From: a bacterium
Lineage (GTDB): Bacteria > UBA8248 > JACPRG01 > G963555815
DNA length: 64,000 nucleotides
Direction: 5' to 3'
Assembly (NCBI GenBank): GCA_965261595.1
Contig: CBDHDG010000005.1
Span: forward strand, 704,452 to 768,451
The translations under genes and the position numbers were made by a program. The notes under the pieces are model-generated. The model did no database searches and was not told the origin of the DNA. It saw only the letters and a program-made list of their open reading frames with translations. Of this stretch, positions 9,928 to 21,054 are shown one piece after another. Within the stretch, counting starts at the first letter, position 1. Each line of letters opens with the position of its first letter.

Positions 9928-12227
9928 ATGAGGATCGATGAGGCGGGCGCCTCCCTGATCGGGAAGTCTCCCCCCCGGGCCGACGCCGTGGAGAAGGCCG
10001 TAGGCATGACCCGGTTCGGCGACGATGTCTCGCTTCCCGGAATGCTGTGGGGCCGCGCGCTGCGCAGCCCGGTGGCCAACGCCCGGATCCGCGAGTTGGA
10101 TGTCCATGAGGCCAGAGGCCTCCCGGGCGTCCACGCCGTTCTCACGGCGGCGGACATCCCCGGCGTCAACCTGCGCGGGAACCTCCTGGGCGCCCGCGAC
10201 GACCAGCCGGTTCTCGCCGATGACCGCGTCCGCGCGGTGGGGGATCCGGTGGCCCTTGTCGCGGCGGAGTCGATGGGCCTCGCCGAGGAGGCCCTTTCCC
10301 GCATTCGTGTCGGATACGAGCCGCTCCCCCTGGTCGAGGATCCGCTGAAGGCGGCGGCCGCTGACGCGCCCCGTGTGGACGAGCGCGGCAACCTGGTGGC
10401 GCACTATGGTTTTCAGCGGGGGGATGCCGAGGCGGGTTTCGCCCGGGCCGCGGCCGTCGTGGAGGAGACCTACCGCACCCAGTGCGTGGACCACGCCTAC
10501 CTGGAGACGGCGGCGGGGACGGCGTGGCTCGATCCGGGCGGCGTGATCCACATCCGGTGCGGCACCCAGATGATCAAGAACTTTCGGTTCGTCGCGCGGA
10601 TCCTGGACCTGCCTCACAACCGGGTGCGTATCGAGTGCCCCGAGCTGGGCGGCGGGTTCGGCGGCAAAATCATGCTCACGATCGAGCCTTTTCTGGCCCT
10701 TCTCGTGAAGGCCACGGGCTTGCCGGTGCGGATGGCGCTCACGCGGGAGGAATCCATTCTCTCCTCCACGAAACGCCATCCCTATATCATGCGTTACAAA
10801 ATCGGGGCCGAGGCCGACGGGCGGCTGACCGCCCTGGCGGCGGACATCGTCGGAGACGCGGGGGCGTACACCGATCTCAGCGCCGTGATCTGCAAGTACT
10901 CCATGGTCCAGGCCTCGGGCCCCTACCGCTGCCCCAACGTGCGGGTGGATATGCGGATGGTTCACACCCACAACCCCACAGCCACCGCCATGCGCGGCGT
11001 GGGCTCCCCGCAGATCACATTCGCCCTGGAGGGTCTGATGGACACCCTGGCCGAGAGGCTGGGGCTGGACCCCATGGAGCTCCGCGCCCGGAATTACCTG
11101 TCCAAGGGCGAGGCCCTCGCCACGGGACAGCCGCTCAAGCGCGACGTCCGCCTGGCCCAGACCCTCGATGAGGCCCAACGGGCGCTCGAGAAGGCGGTGT
11201 CCGGTGACGGGGGGGCGCTCGAAGAGGGGGGTTCAAACGGCCTTCGTCGGGCAACGGGCTTCGCCTCGAACATGACCGGCTACGGGCGTCATGGGACCGT
11301 GGCGCAGGCCCACGTCGGCGTGCAGATGGACGGCAGCGCCGTTGTCTCGGCGGGGGCGCCCGACCTGGGAGCGGGGCAGGGAGGAAGCTACACGCAGCTT
11401 GCCGCCTCATTGCTCGGGCTCCCCATCGACCGGGTGACCGTGCTCCTGTCCGACTCGCACACCACCCCCCTGGTGGGAATGACGGCCGGCAGCCGGCAGT
11501 TTCTCAACACCGGCGGCGCAATCCAATGCGCGGCGGAGCCCATTGTCCGCGTCATGAAGGAGGCGGCGGCCGGCCTCCTCGAGGCCCGGGCGGAGGACAT
11601 CATTCTGTCAGATGGCAGGGCCTTCGTGCGCGGGGCGCCGGAGCAAGCCGTTTCCCATGCCCAGGTTGTTGCCGCGTGCGCCGCCGCGGGGGCCGCCCTC
11701 ACGAACCTGGGCACCTTCACCATCGGCACCGAGCCCTATCCGGGCTCCGACACGGCCCACGAGGCCGGCTGGGTGGATTACACCTTCGGCGGGGCGGCGG
11801 CCGAGGTTTCGGTCGATCCCGGAACCGGGAAGGTCACGCTTCACGGCCTCGGCGTCTCCCACGACGTTGGAACCGCGGTCAACCCGCAGACCGTCGCGGG
11901 CCAATTCGAGGGGGGGCCTCCTACGGGATGGGGCTTGCCCTGTTCGAGGACTGCTGCGTGCGGGACGGCAAGGCCGAGGCCCATGATTTCGCCGGGTACA
12001 TCCTTTCCACCCCCGTGGACGCCCCCGCGATCGGAACGGCCATCGTCGAGTCCGGCGAGGGCGCGGGACCTTTCGGGGCGCGGGGCATCGGTGAGGCGGC
12101 GAACAACACCTCCGCCGCCGCCATAGCAAATGCCGTCTCCCGCGCCATCGGGGTTCGCGTCACCTCGCTTCCCATCCTTCCTGAAAAAGTCCTCTCAGCC
12201 TTGAGGACGGGCCGTTGGCCGGGTTAG
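9928..12227 (+). CDS. Xanthine dehydrogenase/aldehyde oxidoreductase molybdopterin-binding subunit, frameshifted at a G-run near 11910-11916
   Basis: GGGFGGK, AMRGVG, HDVGTAVNP in one frame; GMGLALFE...RGIGEAA in another. One more G in the 7-G run restores EGGASYG. Confidence 0.85.
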
Positions 12228-12230
12228 CGC

Positions 12231-14171
12231 ATGACAGCGAGCGGAATCATCTGGGAGCCGACGGAAGACTTTCTCACGGCCAGCAATGTCGCGCGCCTCA
12301 TGAACCGCCTCGGCATCGACGACCCGAAGGAGCTGATCCGGCGCTCCGCCGAGGACAACGAGTGGTTCTGGGAGGCCATCCTCGAGGACATGGGAATCTC
12401 CTGGAGCCGCAAATACGACCGGCTCCTCGACCTGTCCGGCGGGTTTCCCTGGGCCAAGTGGTTTGTCGGGGGGGAGATCAACATTATCCACAATTGCATC
12501 GATCGTCACGCGCGGGGAGGCGGCCGGGACAGGACGGCTTTCATCTGGGAGGGCGACGACGGGGCCGTGCGGCGCTTGAGCTATGGAGAGGTCTCGGAGG
12601 AGGTCTCCCGACTGGCCAACGCCATGAAGGGCGCGGGCTTGGGTCCGGGGGACGCGGCGGGCATCTACATGCCCATGGTCCCGGAAACCGTCTTCGCCAT
12701 GTTCGCCTGTTTCAAGATCGGCGTGGCGGCCATTCCGATTTTCTCCGCCTTCGGCGCCGTCTCCCTGGCCGAGAGGTTGCGGGACTCCGGGGCCAAGCTG
12801 CTTTTTACGGCGGATTACGGAATCCGGCGCGGCAAGGCGGTTGAGATCAGGCCCCGGGCGGTCGAGGCCGTCGCCGAGGCCGGGTGCGTTGAGCACGTGG
12901 TGGTCTGGAGCCGGGAAGGAAAACCCTTCCATCCGATGCGCGACGGGGAGGTTTCCTGGGACACGTTCGTGGCGGGCCGGTCCGCGGAATGCGAGACCCT
13001 CCCCCTGCCGGCCGAATCCACGGCTCTCATCCTCTACACCTCCGGAACCACGGGCCGGCCCAAGGGAACCGTCCACACCCACGCCGGCTGCCTCGTTGAG
13101 ATGACCAACAACGTCTATTACGCGTGCGATCTGCGGGATTCGGACATCTTTTTCTGGTTCACCGACATCGGCTGGATGATGGGGCCTTGGGAGATGATCG
13201 GCGTTCAGTGCATGGGAGGGACCTACCTCATTTACGAAGGCGTCCCCAATCACCCCCGGCCGGACCGGCTGTGGGAGGTGGTGGTCCGGCACGGCGTGAC
13301 GACGCTGGGCATCTCGCCCACCGCCGTCCGTCTTCTGCGGAGCGCGGGGGATGCGTGGGTCGACAAGCACGACCTTTCGACGCTGCGGATCCTGGGCTCC
13401 ACCGGCGATCCCTGGGACCCGGAATCCTACATGTGGTTCTTCGAGAAGGTCGGCGGCGGAAGGTGTCCGGTCATCAATTGCTCGGGTGGGACGGAGCTGG
13501 TGGGCTGCCTTCTGTCGCCCTTGCCCGTTTTGCCCTCGAAGGCCTGCTCCCTGGGCGGCCCGGCGCTCGGCAAGGACGTGGACGTCTATGACGATGAAGG
13601 CCGCCCGGTGCGCGGGGGAATCGGCCACCTCGTCTGCAAAAAACCCTTCCCCTCGATGACCAAGGGTTTTCTGAACGACCCGGATCGATACCTGGAGACC
13701 TACTTCTCACGGTGGCCCGGCGTCTGGTATCACGGCGACTGGGCCATGGTGGACGACGACGGCTACTGGTATCTGTACGGGCGCTCGGACGATACGATCA
13801 TGGTGGCCGGAAAACGGGTCGGGCCGGCCGAGGTGGAATCCGCGCTTTTGCGGAACCCGGCGGTGATGGAGGCCGCGGCGATCGGGGTTCCCCACGACCT
13901 GAAGGGCGAGGCCGTCGTGGCCTTTGCGGTGCTGTCCCCCGACGTCGAGCCCGCCGAAGCGTTGCGCTCGGCGCTTGTTCAGGGGGTCATTGATGTGCTC
14001 GGCAAGGCGCTGGTCCCGGACGCCGTCCTGTTCGTGGACGCCATCCCGAAGACCCGATCGGCGAAGATCCTTCGCGGCTCCATTCGCCGGGCCTATCTGG
14101 GCGAATCGGTCGGAGATGTCTCCAGCGTGGAAAACCCCGAAGCCTTTGAAGCCATCGCCAACGCCCGCTGA
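12231..14171 (+). CDS. Acetate/acyl-CoA ligase (AMP-dependent synthetase)
   Basis: YTSGTTGRPKG, SGGTE, GRSDDTIMVAGKR, PKTRSAK. Confidence 0.9.
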   Translation: MTASGIIWEPTEDFLTASNVARLMNRLGIDDPKELIRRSAEDNEWFWEAILEDMGISWSRKYDRLLDLSGGFPWAKWFVGGEINIIHNCIDRHARGGGRDRTAFIWEGDDGAVRRLSYGEVSEEVSRLANAMKGAGLGPGDAAGIYMPMVPETVFAMFACFKIGVAAIPIFSAFGAVSLAERLRDSGAKLLFTADYGIRRGKAVEIRPRAVEAVAEAGCVEHVVVWSREGKPFHPMRDGEVSWDTFVAGRSAECETLPLPAESTALILYTSGTTGRPKGTVHTHAGCLVEMTNNVYYACDLRDSDIFFWFTDIGWMMGPWEMIGVQCMGGTYLIYEGVPNHPRPDRLWEVVVRHGVTTLGISPTAVRLLRSAGDAWVDKHDLSTLRILGSTGDPWDPESYMWFFEKVGGGRCPVINCSGGTELVGCLLSPLPVLPSKACSLGGPALGKDVDVYDDEGRPVRGGIGHLVCKKPFPSMTKGFLNDPDRYLETYFSRWPGVWYHGDWAMVDDDGYWYLYGRSDDTIMVAGKRVGPAEVESALLRNPAVMEAAAIGVPHDLKGEAVVAFAVLSPDVEPAEALRSALVQGVIDVLGKALVPDAVLFVDAIPKTRSAKILRGSIRRAYLGESVGDVSSVENPEAFEAIANAR

Positions 14172-14272
14172 TGAAGGACGGACCGGCTCTTTCGAGGGGC
14201 GAGGCCTCTGACTCGGGGGGGGCGGCGCGTCTCCGATTCGGTTCGCCGGCTCGGAAAGCCCTGAATCGGGCT

Positions 14273-14920
14273 TTACGCTGTTACGATGCCTTGGCGGATG
14301 GCGTACCGGACGAGCTGCTGAACATTGTGGAAGTTCAACTTTTTCATCAAATTGTACCGATGGGCGTTGACCGTCTTGACGCTGATGGCCAGCTCGGAAG
14401 CGGTTTGCAGGTTGCTTCGGCCCTCCGCGATCAGGCGGAGAACCTCCCTCTCCCGTTTTGTCAAGACATCGCTCTCTCTCTCCCGGGGGGGAGCGGAATC
14501 CTCCTCCAGGATTTCGAACACCGCCTGCTCCACCACCTCGGAGAGGTACCGGACGCCTTCGGCGACACGCCGAATGGCCTCCTTGAGGACGGTTTCCGAA
14601 TTGTCCTTGAGGACATAGCCGGACACACCCAACCGCATCGCCTTCTGGATGGTCTCTCGGTCCGAATACATCGTAAGCACCAGGATCTTGGCCTCGGGCA
14701 TCTGCTTGCGAATCTGCCGGATGGCCTCGAACCCGTCGACTTTCGGCATGACCAAGTCCATCAGGACAACATCGGGCTGAAGCCGTGTGGTTTCAGCCAA
14801 TGCTTCCGCGCCGTCGCTCGCCTCGCCCACAACCTGGATCTCAGGGTCGCGATTCAGGCAGACGGACATCGCCTGCCTGAACATGACATGGTCATCTACA
14901 ATTAACGTTTTGATTTCGAT
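14273..14920 (-). CDS. NarL/LuxR-family response regulator
   Basis: IVDDH, LMDLVMP, LTKREREVLRLIAEG..N..TA HTH. The receiver domain begins at an ATC codon (14920) 6 nt after GGAGG. Confidence 0.85.
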   Translation of the reverse strand: MEIKTLIVDDHVMFRQAMSVCLNRDPEIQVVGEASDGAEALAETTRLQPDVVLMDLVMPKVDGFEAIRQIRKQMPEAKILVLTMYSDRETIQKAMRLGVSGYVLKDNSETVLKEAIRRVAEGVRYLSEVVEQAVFEILEEDSAPPRERESDVLTKREREVLRLIAEGRSNLQTASELAISVKTVNAHRYNLMKKLNFHNVQQLVRYAIRQGIVTA

Positions 14921-15097
14921 GGCTCACCTCCGAATCACGATATCAGAATTTTCGAGTCAGTCCCTCACCATGATGCGGGGTTGCCATACCCAAAAAATAC
15001 CGAGCGGTTTCGCGGATAGCAAGTCCGGAATTGTAAAAACCGCCTTGACAAACAACCGCACGCATCCGGCGAGACGAAGACAATATTAAGGTGAATT

Positions 15098-16501
15098 TCC
15101 CCCGCTCTAGGGTTTTGTTGGACACTCGATTGATCCATGATTCATGGAGAAAGGGGTGTCGCGATGAACGAACAAAAGCAAGAGGGGGCTTTGGCGGAGG
15201 GCGCCCGCAGGGCGAACGGAGCCAAGGCCCCAGGGCATCGCAGTGAGCGGGGTCGGTTCTCCTGCCAGCGCAAGCGGGAGGCGGTCCTGCGTCTTTTGCG
15301 GGGCGAGAGCCTGGAGACGCTCTGCCGCGAGTTGGGCACGACAGCGGCTCGGCTTTCCGCCTGGCGCGAGGCGTTCCTTCGCGGGGGCGAGGCGGCGCTC
15401 AAAGCCCGCCCGGCGGATGAGCGGGACGAGGAGAACGCCCGGCTCAAGGCCAAGGTGGGCGAACTCACGATGGAGGGCGAGGTCCTGCGGGAGAAGATCG
15501 ACCGCCTGGAGGCCGGCCGCCCTTTAGCCGGCAGGAGGTGGAGGCGATGAGTCAGGCCCGCTTCACCTCCACGGGCAGAGCCTACGGCCTGAAGCGGGTG
15601 TGCGCCCTTTGGGGCTTGGCGCGCTCCACGGTCTACGCGCAACGGCGGCAAGAGGCGGTCCCCGTTCATGAACGCCCCACGCCCAATAAGCGCGGCCCTG
15701 TGGGCCCGTGCACCGATGCGGAACTCCTCGGCCACATCCGGCAGGTCCTGGAGGACTCTCCCTTCCATGGCGAGGGCTACCGCAAGGTGTGGGCGAGGCT
15801 GCGCTTCGCGGGCATCCGCACCAGCAAGGAGCGGGTGCGTCGCCTGATGCGGGAGGCGGGGCTTCAGGCCCCCCACCGGGTGGGCAAACCCCGAGGTCCC
15901 AAGGCCCACAACGGGACCATCCGCACCGAGCGGCCCGACCGAATGTGGGGCACGCACATGACGACGACGGTGACCACCGAGGAGGGGATGGCCTCGGTGT
16001 TCGTGGCGGTGGATCACTGCTCGGTGGACTGCGTGGGGATCCATGCGGCCAAGAGCGGCAACCGCTTCGAGGCCCTGGAGCCGATCCGGCAGGGGGTCGC
16101 CGAGCGCTTCGCCGGCTTGGAGGCGGACGTCGCCGAGGGGCTTAAAGTTCGTCATGACCACGGCCCCGCCTATCTGTCCGATGACTTTCAGCGGGAGATC
16201 GCCTACCTGGGCATGACCAGTTCGCCCAGCTTCGTGCGGGCGCCCGAGGGAAATGGCTACTGTGAGTGGTTCATCCGCATCTTGAAGGAGAATCTCCTGT
16301 GGGTGCGCTCTTTCGCCACCGTAGAGGAACTGCGGTGGGCGCTGCTTGAGTTCAAGAACCTGTATAACCATCATTGGATTCTCGAGGGCTACGGCTACCG
16401 AACGCCGGCCCAGGCAAGGCAGGAAAAACTCGCTCAAGTTGCGGAGGCCGCATGAGGTCGAATACCCTCACCCGAGTGTCCAATAACCCAGGCGCGGTCA
16501 A
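15098..16501 (+). mobile_element. IS3-family element copy 1 (1404 bp); orfA 15164-15550, orfB 15547-16455
   Basis: IRL TCCCCCGCTCTAGGGTTTTGTTGGACAC, IRR ...GTGTCCAATAACCCAGGCGCGGTCAA, 4-bp target duplication AATT (15094-97 and 16502-05). rve DDE domain with the first D changed to H. Confidence 0.9.
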
Positions 16502-16583
16502 AATTAATTATATCCCATCATTAATATACCACATGCATGCGCGTAATTCAACCAAATATACCCCAATTACCAGTAGACGTAAT

Positions 16584-17987
16584 TCCCCCGCTCTAGGGTT
16601 TTGTTGGACACTCGATTGATCCATGATTCATGGAGAAAGGGGTGTCGCGATGAACGAACAAAAGCAAGAGGGGGCTTTGGCGGAGGGCGCCCGCAGGGCG
16701 AACGGAGCCAAGGCCCCAGGGCATCGCAGTGAGCGGGGTCGGTTCTCCTGCCAGCGCAAGCGGGAGGCGGTCCTGCGTCTTTTGCGGGGCGAGAGCCTGG
16801 AGACGCTCTGCCGCGAGTTGGGCACGACAGCGGCTCGGCTTTCCGCCTGGCGCGAGGCGTTCCTTCGCGGGGGCGAGGCGGCGCTCAAAGCCCGCCCGGC
16901 GGATGAGCGGGACGAGGAGAACGCCCGGCTCAAGGCCAAGGTGGGCGAACTCACGATGGAGGGCGAGGTCCTGCGGGAGAAGATCGACCGCCTGGAGGCC
17001 GGCCGCCCTTTAGCCGGCAGGAGGTGGAGGCGATGAGTCAGGCCCGCTTCACCTCCACGGGCAGAGCCTACGGCCTGAAGCGGGTGTGCGCCCTTTGGGG
17101 CTTGGCGCGCTCCACGGTCTACGCGCAACGGCGGCGAGAGGCGGTCCCCGTTCATGAACGCCCCACGCCCAATAAGCGCGGCCCTGTGGGCCCGTGCACC
17201 GATGCGGAACTCCTCGGCCACATCCGGCAGGTCCTGGAGGACTCTCCCTTCCATGGCGAGGGCTACCGCAAGGTGTGGGCGAGGCTGCGCTTCGCGGGCA
17301 TCCGCACCAGCAAGGAGCGGATGCGTCGCCTGATGCGGGAGGCGGGGCTTCAGGCCCCCCACCGGGTGGGCAAACCCCGAGGTCCCAAGGCCCACAACGG
17401 GACCATCCGCACCGAGCGGCCCGACCGAATGTGGGGCACGGACATGACGACGACGGTGACCACCGAGGAGGGGATGGCCTCGGTGTTCGTGGCGGTGGAT
17501 CACTGCTCGGTGGACTGCGTGGGGATCCATGCGGCCAAGAGCGGCAACCGCTTCGAGGCCCTGGAGCCGATCCGGCAGGGGGTCGCCGAGCGCTTCGCCG
17601 GCTTGGAGGCGGACGTCGCCGAGGGGCTTAAAGTTCGTCACGACCACGGCCCCGCCTATCTGTCCGATGACTTTCAGCGGGAGATCGCCTACCTGGGCAT
17701 GACCAGTTCGCCCAGCTTCGTGCGGGCGCCCGAGGGAAATGGCTACTGTGAGTGGTTTATCCGCATCTTGAAGGAGAATCTCCTGTGGGTGCGCTCTTTC
17801 GCCACCGTAGAGGAACTGCGGTGGGCGCTGCTTGAGTTCAAGAACCTGTATAACCATCATTGGATTCTCGAGGGCTACGGCTACCGAACGCCGGCCCAGG
17901 CAAGGCAGGAAAAACTCGCTCAAGTTGCGGAGGCCGCATGAGGTCGAATACCCTCACCCGAGTGTCCAATAACCCAGGGGCGGTCCA
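16584..17987 (+). mobile_element. IS3-family element copy 2 (1404 bp); orfA 16650-17036, orfB 17033-17941
   Basis: Near-identical to copy 1 and retains the WGTD catalytic Asp. No target duplication (TAAT vs GATG). Confidence 0.9.
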
Positions 17988-19911
17988 GATGAGCGTGTGG
18001 TGCCAGCCGGTGGAGACGATGGTTTTGAGGTCGTAGCGGATCTGCTGCCACCAGTTGACGAAGACGCCGGCACTCTTGAACTCGTCGAGCACGCCCAACG
18101 GCACGAGCTTGGCCTTGAGGGTGGTGAGCAGCTCGTGGCGGACCTCGGGCATCTTCTTGCCGCCGTTGCCCGCATGCTGGAGCTGGGCGAAGTCGTCCCT
18201 GGCAACCGCCCACCAGGATTCGAGGGCGTCGTGGTGCCGGGTGAGAGTGCCCAGCAGCGCCGGGGCCGCTTCGAGCGTGGCCTTGATGGCGGGCCTGGCG
18301 TCGATGAACTCGCGAAAGGCGAGGTAGGCGGGACGCTCGGGCTCGAAGAGTGAATCCGGGTTAACGCCGAACTTGGCGAAGTCGTCCGTGAGCGCAGCGA
18401 CCTCCACCTCCGGGATTCCGCCGATGAGGTGCGCCTGGACATCCTCCGGCTCGGGGTTGGGCGTGTTGTCCACGTAGCGGCGGATGTTGAGGTTGTAGTC
18501 GTGGGTGTCCACGATCTCGGACTTAGGCACGAGGCGCGAGTGCTTGGGCAGCTCGCGCTTGTGGGTGAAGACGAAATCGATCTTCTCGATGTCCTCGGGG
18601 CGAAGCCGGTTCTGATTCTTGCCCTCTGCGTATTCGCGATCGGCGTTGATGAAGAGGACCTTGTCCTTGAGTGCGTCGGGCTTGCTCTTGTTGCAGACCA
18701 GCACGCAGGCGGGGATGCCCGTGCCGTAGAAGAGGCCGGGCGGCAGGCTGACGATGGCCTCGATGCAGTCGTCATTGATGAAGAGCTCGCGGATGAGCTT
18801 TTCCTTACCACCACGGAACAGGACCCCGTGCGGCATGATCGTCGCCATCCGGCCGTTGGACTTGAGGCTGGCGAGCATGTGCTGCACGAACATGAGGTCC
18901 GCCTTCTTGCCGGACTCCGGGCACCACTCGCGGAAGCGACTGGTGAACTTCATGCCGGCGCGGCTGTAGTTCTGCGAGAATGGCGGGTTGGCGAGCACCC
19001 GGTCGAACTTGCGGATCTGGCCGTTGTCGAGCATGAGCGGGTCCTCCAGCGTGTCACCGTTCTCGATCGTGGATCGGGTGATATTGTGGAGGATCATGTT
19101 CATGATGCAGATAGGACCAGACCGTTCCGTTGGAGTCCTGGCCGTAGAGGGCGAGGTCGTCGGCGTTCTGGCCCTGCTCTTCCGCGTACTGGTGGGACTG
19201 AATGAGGAAGCCGCCGGAGCCGACCGTAGGGTCGTAGATGGTGTTGCCGGCCTCCGGCTGGGTGAGCTGGACGAGCAGGCGGACGACCTCGCCCGGGGTA
19301 TAGAACTCACCGCCCTTCTTGCCGGCGCTGTCGGCGAAGAACTTGATGAGGTACTCGTAGGCGGCGCCGAGCAGGTCGGGGAACTCGAAGTTGTCGTTGA
19401 CGAGGACGAACCCGGGCTGGCTGAAGTGGTCGAGCAGATCTTTCCACTTTTGGTCCGGGATCTTGGTCCTGCCCTTCACCGCGTTGAAGTCGATGTTGTT
19501 CTTCAGCACACCGGCGAGTGCATCGTTCTCGTCTTCGATGGCAGCGATGGCCTTATTGAGCATGTTGCCGATGTCGTGCTTTAGGTCCTTCAGGGCTGGC
19601 ACGAGATCGCCGTTATCGTCCTTCCAGGGCTCGTGCCAGCGGGCTCTGACAGGGACAAAGAAAGTCTCGCCGTAGGATGTCTTGTCTTCGAGCAACTCGG
19701 CGACGAGATCCGGCTGGTCTTTGAAGTGTGCGAAGGTCTTCTTGTGGAGCTGCTCGCGTTTGCGGTCGAACTCGTCGGAAAGCCGCTTCAGGAACAGCAT
19801 GCCGAAGATGAACTCCTTGAATTCCGAGGCGTCCATCTTGCCGCGCAGGATGTCGGCGGCCTTCAGGAGGAAGGACTCGAGCTGGGCGAGGGTGATTTTC
19901 CCTTGTTTCAT
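17988..19911 (-). pseudogene. hsdM: Type I restriction-modification M subunit, frameshifted near 19113 and 3'-truncated by IS3 copy 2
   Basis: [38 protein letters not shown]. No hsdS or hsdR in the window. Confidence 0.9.
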
Positions 19912-20362
19912 CTTCTGCCCCCTCTCACGCTTCCGCCTCTGCCTTCCCATTTTGCTTCTCGTACGCCTGCCGGACCAAGCCCATCACATATGGCTCTCTT
20001 CTGCATCCTATAGGAAATTTCCAGCGGCGCTCAGCAATTCATTCCTTCGTAATATACTGTATTATAACGATTTTCTTTCCTCCATCGCACCATCGCACCA
20101 GCCCGCTTGATCGGCACTGCCAAATTGCGAAAGCACAGCGCAACCGGATTTGCGCACTATCTGAGCTCGGCATGCCAGCGATTGACGCCCACGCCCCGGA
20201 ACGCACGATTCCGGCCCCGGCCGGGTAGGAGGGGTCGTTGCGAGCCATCTTGTTCGGTCACGCAGTGACGGCGGTCTGGCAGCGAAACCCAGCCCCCGAC
20301 ACTCCGCTCCGCTGCCCTCCGGGGCGCTCGCCCGCCTCCCGCCGGTCCGCGTCGGCTGAACC

Positions 20363-20552
20363 CTAGCGCACCGCGTCGCGCAGCGTCTTGCCGGCCTTGA
20401 ACGCGGGAGACTTCGAGACGACGATCTCGATGCTCTCGCCGGTCCTCGGGTGCCGCCCGGCGCGCGCCGGGCGGCACCTGACGGAGAACGTGCCGAACCG
20501 CGCGAGCGCGACCGTATCCCCCTTCGCAAGCGCGTCCTGAATCGCATCCAAC
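20363..20552 (-). pseudogene. HU/IHF-family DNA-binding protein, 5'-truncated by IS3
   Basis: FGTFSV..RPARAGRHPRTGESIEI...PAFKAGKTLRDAV; the N-terminal helices are missing. Confidence 0.8.
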
Positions 20553-21054
20553 TGGAGTTACCCCGTTTCAGTGGACAGTTTAGGGCTGTCGTCCCCAGCC
20601 CTGAGGTGGGCGACAGCCGGTGGACGTAAAGTCTTCTCCCGATCCGATAGATAGGGTGCCCCCGGGGGGTATGTCTTGATCTTTGGCTCGCTGCTCCGGG
20701 AAGCACCGGGGCCGGCTCGAGCCGGACGATGAGCGTTGCGCACTGCACGTGGCGTTTCCTTCGCCGCGGACCGCTCGTAGTCGTTGGGGCTGAGGTAACC
20801 CAGGGCCGAATGACGACGGCGTGGGTTGTACCAGCCTTCGATGAATTGGAAGACCGCCATACGCGCCTCGGCCTGGGTACGGAACGAACGCCGGTTGATG
20901 AGTTCGCACTCCAGCGTGGCGAAGAAGCTCTCGGCCATGGCGTTGTCAAAGCAGTCGCCGGCCGACCCGGTCGAGGGAACCACCCCCATCTCTCGGCACC
21001 GCTTGCCGAAGGCGAGCGAAGTGTACTGCGATCCCACTGACGCTCTCATATTTG

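Noticed and set aside
15142-16437. 431-aa antisense ORF repeated in each IS3 copy
   Set aside because: Antisense shadow of GC-rich transposase genes; it recurs only because the IS is repeated.
15098-17987. Composite transposon formed by IS3 copies 1 and 2
   Set aside because: Copy 1 has its own TSD, the outer flanks do not match, and only 82 bp lie between the copies.
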